Shown here one piece after another: positions 9,752 to 19,366 of a stretch of DNA of 64,000 nt. A model generated the notes under the pieces. That model was not told the DNA's origin and ran no database searches. It saw nothing but the letters and a program-made list of their open reading frames with translations. A program made the position numbers and the translations under genes. The stretch is taken from the NCBI GenBank assembly GCA_016213925.1, contig JACQZH010000013.1, forward strand, positions 14,034-78,033, in the 5' to 3' direction. Each line of letters begins with the position of its first letter. Position 1 is the stretch's first letter. The DNA comes from Candidatus Omnitrophota bacterium. GTDB lineage: Bacteria; Omnitrophota; Gorgyraeia; B26-G9.

Positions 9752-12685
9752 ATGAGTGCACAGAGGAAAAGAGTATTTAGTTTGTCTTTGGCGGGTCTAT
9801 GTTTGGCATGGATAATTTATGTTAGTTTTTTTGTGCGGCATGGATTGAGCCTGACTGATGCGGGATTAATATGCGCCCAATCATGGAGATTTTACTTGGG
9901 TGATATTCCTTTTAAAGATGTTTTTTGCATCCCGGTAAGTTTGTCGGATTACTTTTTAAGCATAGTCTTTGTAGCATACCCTGATTGCGGATTGCTGGCT
10001 TTGAGAATTATCTGGGCAATAATATTATTTATAGCGATTGCTTTTTCATACAAAATTATAACCAGGTTTTATTCCGTTTATCTGGCATTTCCGGCAATGA
10101 TATGCTCGTTAAGTATATTTGCCATGCATGGAATTGACTTGCCGGGTTATAATAATACCCCAGAGATGTTTTTTATTATTTCAATATTTTTACTGTTTTG
10201 GTCACTTTGTTCAAACCATAAGCAGAAAATATTTATTTATGGCGTTCTTTCCGGGTTTGCTGCGTTTACAGCTGTTTTGTGTAAGGTCACTTATCTTCCC
10301 ATAGCCGGGATTGGTTTTATTTGCCTGTTAGTTTCACTATTGATTAAATCAGAGGTAAAAAAACACATTTTGTGCGCATCGCTGATTTTTACGATGACTT
10401 TTTTTGTAAGTTTAGCAGCGTTCCTGATATTTTTATACGTAAACGGATTGTTCGAAGAGTTTTTGATGGATTTTCGTGTGCATACCCAAGGGGGTGCTTA
10501 TTCTTCAATTATTATTTCCGGATTGTTTGGAAAAGGAAGTATTTTTTTGTTAAAGGCATTACCTCTGGTTATATCATGTATTTTTTTTAATCTAGTTTGT
10601 GGTTATTTTTTGCGGAAAAAAATGATTTTTTTACGGATAGGATGTCAAGCCATACTTGTATGTTTGTTTTATTTATTTTTTCTGCGTATGTTTTCTTTTC
10701 CTGGATATTTTATTTATGGATATGCTTATGCTTTGCTAGGCGTAGGAATAATTTTGTATTGGAAAAATATCTTTGAAGAAAAAGATAAAGATATAATTGT
10801 AACTAATCAATTAAAAATAATATTACTTTTGCTGGCAGGATTTCTGCAGTGGCTGTGTACGCTTTATTCGAGCCATGGGATATACACTTCTCATAAAGGG
10901 ATGTTTTTAAGCCTGCCGCTGGCCTGGATAATATCCTGGGAATTGCCGGTATACATTAAAAAAGCGGGGCAATTAAATAAGAAAGAATTACTATCCTATC
11001 GAATAGTAATTCTGGTTTTTGCGCTTATTATTGCGTTTTATGCATTTGGTTTTAAATTAAAACACCCTTATCTGGATAGTCCTGACCGATCTGAACTATG
11101 CGTTGCGTTCAAAACAAAAAAGCTTAAGGGGATTTTTTCAACTAAAAAACATGTAGAGATAATAGACCGTTTAACTGAGTTTATGGGGACGAGGATAAAA
11201 AGAGGCGAGTATCTGCTTACTTATATAAATTTGCCGATGATCAGCTTTTTACTGGAGGCGCGTCCGGCAACAAGGATTACCTGGTTTTCCGGGATATCCA
11301 ATCCTCTGGATAAGCCGGCTGTGGAAGATTTGAAGAAAACCAAGCCGAAATTTGTTATACGCACTCACCAGTATATGTGTTCAAATACCTGGCCTGATAA
11401 GGTTAACCTTTTACTGGATGCGCCTGGGTCTGAAGTTTTTTACGTAGATAATTATGTGCAGGCAAACTACGAGCTTGTAAATAAGATTGATGCTTTTGAG
11501 ATTTTGCAGAGAAATGATGAATATTTTAATGAAGAATTAAATATTGATAATAAAATCAGCTTTTTTGAACAGGATTTTTACGTTAAGAATGATAAACATA
11601 AATTTAAAATAAATGATTTTTTCGGAGAAAAGGCGTATGATTTTTCGGTTTCAGGGAAGCGTATGGTATATAAAAACTGTTATAAATTTTTTAAAAATGC
11701 AGGTAATTCTGATTTTTCTTTTAAGCTTAAATACTATCCTCAAAGATTAACAGGATTTGCTGATTTTAATGTGCGTTTTAAGGCGCTGACTTATGTGCTT
11801 TATGGCCGGGCAGATTATTATTATCCGGCCAATGAGATAATTGACGGAAAAGTTTATGCTTGCCGGATAATTGAGCCGCAATTTGGACATTGGAAAGAAT
11901 TACGCGTGGATTCTATTGTGGCAGATTATGAAAAGATAAGCAGGCAGTTGCAAGGGCCGTTATATGATGAGATGGAAATATCCCAGGTTATGGTTTCGCT
12001 TAATTCCAGAGCAGGCCAGGATTCTTCGATTTTGGTGTATCTTGCTGATTTTAATGTAGTTGAGAATAATGTTGACTATGCAAGGATAGATAATGCTATC
12101 AAAAATGCATCAGTATATAGCCAATATGGGATCATTTTATTTAATAAAAGGCATTATGTTGATAATAAGGTGATGGAAAGATGTGTGCAACAGTTTGAAA
12201 AAGAGAATGTAATCCGGTTTTCTGAACCAAGGCTAGAAGGGCAGTTGGTTTTTACCAAGGAATATCAAAATGCGGACAATAGTTATTTTTCTTTTCAAAC
12301 GGAATATTTTCCTGAAAAATTACAAGGCATAACCAAATTTAACCTGCAGTTTGAACTTTTGGATAATAGCTCAATTCCTGTAGGGAACTTAACTTATGTA
12401 TTATATGGCAAGAGCGATTATTATTGTAACGTAAATCAAAAGATTAACGGAAATATTTTTGCAACCTATATAATAAATCCTCAGCAGGGAGAATGGAAAA
12501 ATTTAGTTGTCAATTCGCTTACAGACGATTATAATAATATTTCTACTCGGCTGGGGGGGAAGTTATGGCAAGAATTAAATATAAGTAAAATAAAAGTACT
12601 GTTGTTTTCTTTTGGTACGCAACAGCCGGATGATGAGATGTCAGTTTGCCTTAAGAGGTTGGAAATAAAGAAGAACCAACGTTAG
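9752..12685 (+). CDS. Large membrane protein: an N-terminal polytopic domain of about 450 aa, then two tandem copies of a novel ~130-aa domain
   Basis: Many hydrophobic helices in the N-terminal half. The C-terminal repeats (about 11676..12070 and 12260..12640) share NSxFSF..YYP..LTYVLYG.(A/S)DYY..GxWK..DYxxIS..L.G.L(Y/W). The same domain occurs at the C-terminus of the first gene in the window. Confidence 0.7.
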   Translation: MSAQRKRVFSLSLAGLCLAWIIYVSFFVRHGLSLTDAGLICAQSWRFYLGDIPFKDVFCIPVSLSDYFLSIVFVAYPDCGLLALRIIWAIILFIAIAFSYKIITRFYSVYLAFPAMICSLSIFAMHGIDLPGYNNTPEMFFIISIFLLFWSLCSNHKQKIFIYGVLSGFAAFTAVLCKVTYLPIAGIGFICLLVSLLIKSEVKKHILCASLIFTMTFFVSLAAFLIFLYVNGLFEEFLMDFRVHTQGGAYSSIIISGLFGKGSIFLLKALPLVISCIFFNLVCGYFLRKKMIFLRIGCQAILVCLFYLFFLRMFSFPGYFIYGYAYALLGVGIILYWKNIFEEKDKDIIVTNQLKIILLLLAGFLQWLCTLYSSHGIYTSHKGMFLSLPLAWIISWELPVYIKKAGQLNKKELLSYRIVILVFALIIAFYAFGFKLKHPYLDSPDRSELCVAFKTKKLKGIFSTKKHVEIIDRLTEFMGTRIKRGEYLLTYINLPMISFLLEARPATRITWFSGISNPLDKPAVEDLKKTKPKFVIRTHQYMCSNTWPDKVNLLLDAPGSEVFYVDNYVQANYELVNKIDAFEILQRNDEYFNEELNIDNKISFFEQDFYVKNDKHKFKINDFFGEKAYDFSVSGKRMVYKNCYKFFKNAGNSDFSFKLKYYPQRLTGFADFNVRFKALTYVLYGRADYYYPANEIIDGKVYACRIIEPQFGHWKELRVDSIVADYEKISRQLQGPLYDEMEISQVMVSLNSRAGQDSSILVYLADFNVVENNVDYARIDNAIKNASVYSQYGIILFNKRHYVDNKVMERCVQQFEKENVIRFSEPRLEGQLVFTKEYQNADNSYFSFQTEYFPEKLQGITKFNLQFELLDNSSIPVGNLTYVLYGKSDYYCNVNQKINGNIFATYIINPQQGEWKNLVVNSLTDDYNNISTRLGGKLWQELNISKIKVLLFSFGTQQPDDEMSVCLKRLEIKKNQR

Positions 12686-12708
12686 TTAAATTTAAAAATG
12701 AGAATTAA

Positions 12709-13887
12709 ATGAAAAGTGAACTATTGCTTTTAACCCGCAATTTTTATCCGACAATAGGCGGGGTTGAAGTTTATATTCTGGAGTTTATTAAGTTTTTTAC
12801 GGCAAAAGGCAGGGGAAAAATCCATGTATTATGCCCCAAAAAAAGTGCTTTGCCAGATGAACTTAAAAACGGGCATGTTTATTTATATTCTCCAAAAAGT
12901 AATTTTACTTTTTTCGAGATAGATCATGTTTTAACGGGGATAAAGGCTTATTTTCAAATAATTATTTTTTTTGTTATTTTTTTTATTCAGGGAAGCGGAT
13001 TCCTGCTTAAAAAAAACAATAAAATTAAGGTAATATATGCGGTCGGCGGAATAGTAGCTATTATGTCAGCTTTGGCCTTGGGCAGGATATTCGGCAAAAA
13101 AATATTCGGGCATATGCATGCTGATTTTCAGTTTTCCCAGTTTCCAAAGTTGTGGAAGGATTTTTATAAAAAGATTTTTTCGGGCTTGGATAAGGTCTTT
13201 GTTAACTCCCGGGACGGCAAAATCGATTTGGAAAAAATAGGGGTGGACAAAACAAAGATTGAAATAATAGATAACTGGGCTGATGGGAGCATATTTGAGT
13301 TAAAAGACAAAGAAAGCTGCCGAAAGGCTTTGAAGTTGCCCTTAGATAAAAAGATCTTTTTGTTTGTAGGCAGGCTGTCTTTTGAAAAAGGCATTAATGA
13401 GGTTTTGGATTGTATTGAGCAGTATAGAAATAGAGAGGATATTTTTTTTGTTATTATCGGTGACGGCCATTTGAAAGAGAAGGTATTCAATTGCATTAAA
13501 GATAATAAACAGGCTGTTTATGCCGGTTCGAAAAAAACAAAAGAACTCGTGGATTACTATAATGCTGCGGATGCTGCTTTATGGGGGTCGATTGATACAT
13601 ATTATATATCGATTACTATGATAGAAGGCTTTCATTGCGGGCTGCCGGCATTATGTCCAAAGGGCACAACCAATGTGCCTAAATGGGGAAAGAAAGAATT
13701 TGAGATTAAAGACGGGGTTCTCCCTGATTTTGCCGGAATATTATTTGAAAGCAGTGCTAAGGGGTTGTCTGAGGCAATAGAAAAGTTCTTAAAAATGAAA
13801 TTTGACAGCAAAAAAATTAAAGAATATGCGCTAATGAAATATTCCGAAAAGAACGCAGAACGTATCGTAGAGGAGATGTTTTCTTAA
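12709..13887 (+). CDS. GT4 (GT-B fold) glycosyltransferase
   Basis: N-terminal LLLTRNFYPTIGGVEVYI, a typical GT4 start. The C-terminal half has an E-x7-E-like region. Length is about 390 aa. Confidence 0.75.
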   Translation: MKSELLLLTRNFYPTIGGVEVYILEFIKFFTAKGRGKIHVLCPKKSALPDELKNGHVYLYSPKSNFTFFEIDHVLTGIKAYFQIIIFFVIFFIQGSGFLLKKNNKIKVIYAVGGIVAIMSALALGRIFGKKIFGHMHADFQFSQFPKLWKDFYKKIFSGLDKVFVNSRDGKIDLEKIGVDKTKIEIIDNWADGSIFELKDKESCRKALKLPLDKKIFLFVGRLSFEKGINEVLDCIEQYRNREDIFFVIIGDGHLKEKVFNCIKDNKQAVYAGSKKTKELVDYYNAADAALWGSIDTYYISITMIEGFHCGLPALCPKGTTNVPKWGKKEFEIKDGVLPDFAGILFESSAKGLSEAIEKFLKMKFDSKKIKEYALMKYSEKNAERIVEEMFS

Positions 13888-13888
13888 G

Positions 13889-14545
13889 ATGAAGATAATT
13901 GCTCACCGCGGCTTATGGAAAAAGGCGAATGAGAAAAATACGCCTGATGCCTTTGAAAAAGCGCTTAAAAGCGGCTACGGTATTGAATTTGATGTACGCG
14001 ATTATAAAAAAGGGCTTGTTATTGCCCATAATATGGCTGATAAAAATTCTCCCGGTCTTTACTGGGTTTTTGACCGGTTAAAAAAGATTGAGAGTTTTTC
14101 AAAGGTAATATTTGCCGTAAATATAAAATGTGATTCTATTGAGCGGGAAGTTTTAAAATTCCTCCAGGATTATGGCATAATCAAAAATTCTTTTATTTTT
14201 GATATGTCTTTTCCTGCGACGTATGTTTTTAAGAAGTATTGCGAAAAAATAAATATTGCAGCCAGGCAGAGCGAATTTGAAAAAGAGCCTTTCTTTTACA
14301 GCCAGGTGCAGTGGCTTTGGCTGGATGAGTTTGAAAAGCACTGGATAGATAATAAGACTATCGTCAAACATATAGAAAACGGTAAAAAGGTTTGTATCGT
14401 TTCTCCTGAATTGCATGGAAGAAACCATGAGAAAGCCTGGGCGCAATATTCGAAATTGCCGGAAAAATATTTTAAATATATGGCTTTGTGCACTGATTTT
14501 CCGGATGAGGCAGAGCGTTTTTTTATAACAGGTGAAGGTAGATGA
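13889..14545 (+). CDS. Glycerophosphodiester phosphodiesterase (GDPD)-family protein
   Basis: N-terminal IIAHRG motif followed by EFDVR, the catalytic signature of GP-PDE. Confidence 0.6.
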   Translation: MKIIAHRGLWKKANEKNTPDAFEKALKSGYGIEFDVRDYKKGLVIAHNMADKNSPGLYWVFDRLKKIESFSKVIFAVNIKCDSIEREVLKFLQDYGIIKNSFIFDMSFPATYVFKKYCEKINIAARQSEFEKEPFFYSQVQWLWLDEFEKHWIDNKTIVKHIENGKKVCIVSPELHGRNHEKAWAQYSKLPEKYFKYMALCTDFPDEAERFFITGEGR

Positions 14546-15225
14546 ATATAGTTATTCCGTTGGCAGGCAAAGATGCTCGTTTTGAGCAGATGAATATTGC
14601 CAAGCCTCTTATAGAGGTTGAGGGAAAACCTCTAGTTAAGTTTTGCATAGATACTCTTGAGTATCCGTTTAAAACGCACAAATACAAGCTGTATTTTTTA
14701 ATATTAAAAGAGCATGATGAGAAGTATAATTTAAAAAATAAATTAAAAGGGCTTTATCCGCAGGCGCTAGTTATAATTATTGAAAAATTGACAGAGGGTA
14801 CTGCCTGTACTGTTTTAACTCTGGAAAATGAAATAAATAATGACGAGGAGTTAATAGTCTATCTGGCGGATATTTATTTTCGCGCTGATTTAAAGGCCGG
14901 TATAGAGTCCGGCCGGATGAGTAATACTGCCGGTTTTATTCCGGTGTTCAAATCGGATAACCGTAAATATAGCTATGCAAAAATCGGTCCAGAGGGAAAA
15001 GTCGGAGAGGTTGCCGAAAAAAAAGTGATTTCCGAAAATGCCAGCAGCGGGTTTTATTATTTCAGAAAAGGCAAATATTTTGTGGATGCGGCAAAAAAAA
15101 TGATAAATAATGGTGACCGCGTAAACGGGCTTTTTTTTTTATGTCCGGTATATAATTACCTTATCAGAGCCGGCTTAGAAGTCAGGACAATAGATGCAGA
15201 GTTTATCTTTGACCTGGTATTTTAA
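14542..15225 (+). CDS. Nucleotidyltransferase (GT-A-like NTP-transferase fold), paralog A
   Basis: N-terminal IVIPLAGKDARF. Similar to the two downstream genes (GFYYFRKG..CPVYNY). Contains a T10 homopolymer at 15131-15140. Confidence 0.65.
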   Translation: MNIVIPLAGKDARFEQMNIAKPLIEVEGKPLVKFCIDTLEYPFKTHKYKLYFLILKEHDEKYNLKNKLKGLYPQALVIIIEKLTEGTACTVLTLENEINNDEELIVYLADIYFRADLKAGIESGRMSNTAGFIPVFKSDNRKYSYAKIGPEGKVGEVAEKKVISENASSGFYYFRKGKYFVDAAKKMINNGDRVNGLFFLCPVYNYLIRAGLEVRTIDAEFIFDLVF

Positions 15226-15268
15226 ATGTTTATCCAAAAGTATGTTCAAAAAAAGGGGAGTGTGGGCA

Positions 15269-15913
15269 ATGATAAAAGCGGTTATCTTTGATATGGATGG
15301 TGTTCTTATAGACGCTAAGGAATGGCATTACGAGGCGCTTAACAAGGCGCTTCGTTTATTCGGTTATGAGATTACCCGGCATGAGCATCTGGTAAGTTAT
15401 GACGGGCTTCCGACAAAAGAAAAGCTTAAAATGTTGTCTCTGGAAAGGGACCTTCCGGCAAAACTGCATGATTTTATCAATGAAATGAAACAGCGCTATA
15501 CGGTTGAAGCTATTTTTAATCATTGCCGGCCTTATTTTACTCATCAATATGCTTTAGCCAGATTAAAACAGCAAAAATACAAGATTGCCGTGTGTTCGAA
15601 CTCGATAAGGGACACTGTTCAGTTAATGATGGAAAAAAGCGATCTGCTAAAATATATTGATTTTTATCTTAGTAACCAGGATATTAAAAAGCCGAAACCT
15701 GATCCGGAGATGTATGAAAAGGCGGTTATAAAGTTATCGCTAAAACCTGAAGAGTGCCTGGTATTGGAAGATAATAAAAACGGGATTATTGCTGCGGAAA
15801 CTGCCGGGTGCAATGTTTATGTTGTTGATAGCGTCGAAGAGGTGAATTTTACCAATATCGAAAAGAAGATAAAAGAGATAGACGCTCAAAAGAGAGGTAA
15901 AAAACATGCATAA
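15269..15913 (+). CDS. HAD-superfamily hydrolase (beta-phosphoglucomutase/phosphatase-like)
   Basis: Motif IKAVIFDMDGVLID. A GGGGAG RBS lies 8 nt upstream of ATG 15269. The ORF-track start at 15194 probably over-extends the gene. Confidence 0.7.
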   Translation: MIKAVIFDMDGVLIDAKEWHYEALNKALRLFGYEITRHEHLVSYDGLPTKEKLKMLSLERDLPAKLHDFINEMKQRYTVEAIFNHCRPYFTHQYALARLKQQKYKIAVCSNSIRDTVQLMMEKSDLLKYIDFYLSNQDIKKPKPDPEMYEKAVIKLSLKPEECLVLEDNKNGIIAAETAGCNVYVVDSVEEVNFTNIEKKIKEIDAQKRGKKHA

Positions 15914-16652
15914 GATCAATATTGTTATTCCTATTGCCGGAAAGGGCAAGAAGTTTGAGGAAAGCGGTTCGATTTTTCCTAAGGCGCTGGTCGAGGTAAA
16001 GGCAAAGCCGATGATACAGGTGGTTGTGGAAAATATCAGCCTTAGCAAAAAATATGACCAGCGGTTTATTTTTATAGTGAATAAAAGGGATCATCAGAAA
16101 TTTGCGATCGCACAGGTATTGGAATTGCTTGCTCCGGGATGCAAGGTAATCGTCGTTGAATCGGATACAAAGGGCTCTGCCTGCAGTGTGTTATTGGCCA
16201 GCGAGTATATTGACAACGATGTTCCTTTGCTGATTGCTAACGGAGACCAGTATCTTGACATGGATATGAACAGTTTTGTTGGCGATGCCGAGAGCAGAAA
16301 CCTTGACGGAAGCTTGATTGTTTTTGATTCAATCCACCCGCGCTGGTCTTTTGTTAAAACCGATGAAGGTGGATATGTTATAGAGGCCGCGGAAAAACGG
16401 CCGATCAGCCGCAATGCCACCGCCGGAGTCTATTATTATAAAAAAGGGTCTTTTTTTATTGAAGCTGTAAAGGAAATGATCAGAAAAGAAGCAACGGTAA
16501 TGGAACAGTATTTTGTCTGCCCGACATACAATGAAATGATTCTAAAAGGCATGAAAATAGGCGTATTTGAAATTGAATCGGATAAAATGTATGGATTGGG
16601 GACTCCTGAACAGGTTAAAGAATTTGAAACCATAAAATTAAAGGGCGCATAA
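15906..16652 (+). CDS. Nucleotidyltransferase, paralog B
   Basis: N-terminal INIVIPIAGKGKKF. The C-terminal block GVYYYKKG..VCPTYN..LGTPEQ parallels paralog A. Confidence 0.65.
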   Translation: MHKINIVIPIAGKGKKFEESGSIFPKALVEVKAKPMIQVVVENISLSKKYDQRFIFIVNKRDHQKFAIAQVLELLAPGCKVIVVESDTKGSACSVLLASEYIDNDVPLLIANGDQYLDMDMNSFVGDAESRNLDGSLIVFDSIHPRWSFVKTDEGGYVIEAAEKRPISRNATAGVYYYKKGSFFIEAVKEMIRKEATVMEQYFVCPTYNEMILKGMKIGVFEIESDKMYGLGTPEQVKEFETIKLKGA

Positions 16653-17193
16653 TGATCAATATTATTATCCCAATGGCAGGGGCAGGTTCCCGTTTTGTAA
16701 AGGCAGGGTATAGGAAACCAAAACCTTTTATAGACGTGCTTGGCAAGACAATGATTGAAAGAGTTATGGAGAATCTTACTCTGGAGAAAGCCAGGTATAT
16801 TTTGATTACAAGAAAAGAATTTTTGGAACAGGAAAAGGAAATTGTTAACCGGATTGAAAAAGAGTATAATTGTGAATTTTTATCGGTTGATAAGCTTACC
16901 GAAGGCGCCTGCTGTACGATTTTGCTGGCAGTGGACTTTATAAATAATGAGATGCCACTGTGGGATTATATTATTTTTCAAAAGGCAGGGATTTTGTAAA
17001 TAACGCCGTTAAAATGATCGCTAATAACGAGAGGGTAAATAACGAATTTTATACATGCCCTGTATATAATTATGCGATAAAGTCCGGGCTGAAGATTGGG
17101 GTGTTTAATGTTGATAAAAATGCCATGTACGGGCTGGGAACTCCGGAAGATTTGGATAAGTTTATAAGCGCGCGGAAGAATAAGGTTCTTTAA
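16652..17193 (+). pseudogene. Nucleotidyltransferase paralog C, disrupted by an internal deletion of about 180 nt plus a frame change
   Basis: Two ORFs (16652..16999 frame 2, 16960..17193 frame 1) together match paralogs A and B. About 60 residues between the INNEMPL block and the GLYYFSKG block are missing. The junction lies near 16955-16962. Confidence 0.6.
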
Positions 17194-17216
17194 AGCTTTA
17201 ATATGGAAAAGGAGAT

Positions 17217-18553
17217 TTGCACAATATGCTTGATTTATCGGATAAGCAGTTTGTAAAAGGCGAAGGCGTAAAGCGCTGGAGCGCGCCTTTAAATCAGCTT
17301 TACCGGCCGCTATCGTTTTTTGAAGAAGACAGCCAGAAGCTTGTTTATTGCCGTGATAACCTTAATACAACAAAATTTGTCCCGATATTGCTGAAGGAAT
17401 GGTTTAGTCTGGTTGCAAAGGACGGCTATCTGTGTATTGACTATAAGCCGAATAAGGTATGTGATTGGAGAAAGCTTGAAGAAAACTTTTGGTGGCTGTG
17501 GAAAGGCAAATACGAAATAATTTTTCATGGTGAAATTTCCGGAGAGGATCTGAATGGATTAAACAAAAGTAAAATTAGTGTATTTATCGACCGGCAGGAA
17601 AAATATTTCAAAACTGATCTGGATAAAAAAACGCTTTTGCCAGCGCCGTTGAAAGGAAAGTTAAAGGCAAAGCGTGAGAGCGCTTATCTTCGGTTTGTCT
17701 GCAAAAAGAAGACGGCGACAAAATTGGAAAATGATTCTATGGACAAATGGACGTTTGGTATTATTACAAACGGCATGAGAATGGACTGGATGGAACTGGT
17801 TATTGAATCGATAAGAAAACAGAAAATAGCGCATTATGAGATATTATAGTTTGCGGGACTTATTTTGACAAGAAAGAGCAGGATTTTACTTATATAGCGT
17901 TTAATCAGCGCGATGATATAGGATGGATTACGCGGAAAAAGAATCTGATTGCCGAAAAAGCAAAATATGAAAATATCTGTGTGTTGCATGACCGCTTAAT
18001 ACTGGCGGATGATTGGTATGAACAAATGAAAAAGTGGGGAAATTCTTTTGACTATCTTACCTGCAGCCAGCTTTTTGAAGGAAAACGCGCTTATGACTGG
18101 CTTACTGCAGGCGGAAAAATGGATGTGCATTTCCGGATAAAGATGCTTGATTACAGGGATTGGGATTTTTATGCGATCATAGCAGGGATGGTTACAATTA
18201 CGAAAAAATGTTTTATCAGGCAGATTAAATGGAACGAAGCAAGGTTTTGGAACGATTATGAAGACATACAGCTAAGCCTGGAATATCACTATAGCGGACT
18301 TCTTGGAAGGGTAAATCCCAAAGCTAAGATGACTTCGCTTGGTTTTCGTCACGGTATCGTTCCTTTTAAAAGATATTTTCCTTATGAAACATGGCTGACG
18401 ATTATTCCGCAGAACATGTATCTGCGCAGTATAATAAGGTTTTTTTTAAGCTTGTTAAGCAGGATTCCTTTTATGCTTAAGACCATTAATTTTTTATACG
18501 AAAAGGTTTTTAAGAATTCCCGGATTTACCAAAAGATTATAAAAAGTAGCTAG
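17217..18553 (+). pseudogene. GT-A-fold glycosyltransferase-like gene with an N-terminal extra domain, split by an apparent frameshift near 17840-17848
   Basis: Frame 0 ends ..KQKIAHYEIL*. The overlapping frame, open from 17840, continues (D)IIVCGTY... Spliced, the sequence reads FGIITNG..(30 aa)..HYEIIVCG, then about 80 aa later LILADDW. This is the beta1 .. EIIVVDDG .. DxD spacing of GT-A folds. It may be a true pseudogene or a sequencing or assembly error. Confidence 0.5.
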
Positions 18554-18586
18554 GAAAAGTAGAGTTTCGCTTAAAAAGGATGAAAA

Positions 18587-19342
18587 ATGACTACAAAGAA
18601 AAATTATAAAGTGGTTATAGTAATGCCGGCATATAATGCTGAAAAAACATTGCTGGCAACTTATAAGGCAATTCCTCCGCATAGCTATGATGAAATTGTT
18701 TTGGTTGATGATGCTTCTCATGATTTAACTTATGAGCTGGCTAAAAAGCTGCATTGTCATGTTATTAAACATGACAAGAACCGCGGCTACGGCGGTAATC
18801 AGAAAACCTGCTACAAAAAAGCCTTGGAGCTGGGGGCGGATGTTATTGTTATGCTGCATCCGGATAATCAGTATGATCCCCGGTTGATTCCAAATATTGC
18901 TTTGCCGATAATTGAAGGACAAGCTGATGCGGTTATGGCATCGCGTTTTATCCGCGATCCTTATGACGGAGGCCCTCTAAAAGGCGGCATGCCTTTGTAT
19001 AAAATTATCGCTAATAGGCTGTTAACCTGGTTACAGAATTCTGTTATGCACACATATTTTACGGAGTTTCATACCGGATACCGGGCATTTTCGCGCAAGG
19101 CTCTAGAGTCGGTGAAGTGGGAGCTTAATTCAGATGATTTTATTTTTGATAATGAAATTATTGTTCAAATGGTTATGAAACGAATAAGATTTAAGGAGAT
19201 TCCGGTTTTAACAAAGTATTTCAAAGAAGCAAGCTCGATTAATTTTATCCGGTCGTGTAAGTATGGTTTAGGGATATTAATAAATTGCATAAAATATACT
19301 TTGCATAGAAAAAAAATAATGCGGTTTGAACAGTTCGAATAA
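18587..19342 (+). CDS. GT2 glycosyltransferase (DPM1-like, soluble)
   Basis: Motifs KVVIVMPAYNAEKTL, EIVLVDDASHD and DxD-like HPDNQYD. Confidence 0.75.
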   Translation: MTTKKNYKVVIVMPAYNAEKTLLATYKAIPPHSYDEIVLVDDASHDLTYELAKKLHCHVIKHDKNRGYGGNQKTCYKKALELGADVIVMLHPDNQYDPRLIPNIALPIIEGQADAVMASRFIRDPYDGGPLKGGMPLYKIIANRLLTWLQNSVMHTYFTEFHTGYRAFSRKALESVKWELNSDDFIFDNEIIVQMVMKRIRFKEIPVLTKYFKEASSINFIRSCKYGLGILINCIKYTLHRKKIMRFEQFE

Positions 19343-19366
19343 AAATTCAGGTGAGGATAACCAGTG

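Noticed and set aside
10119-10590. Small + strand ORFs (10119..10304, 10372..10590) and 13899..14081, 19377..19580
   Set aside because: They are alternative-frame ORFs nested inside longer genes in other frames that have clear domain content.
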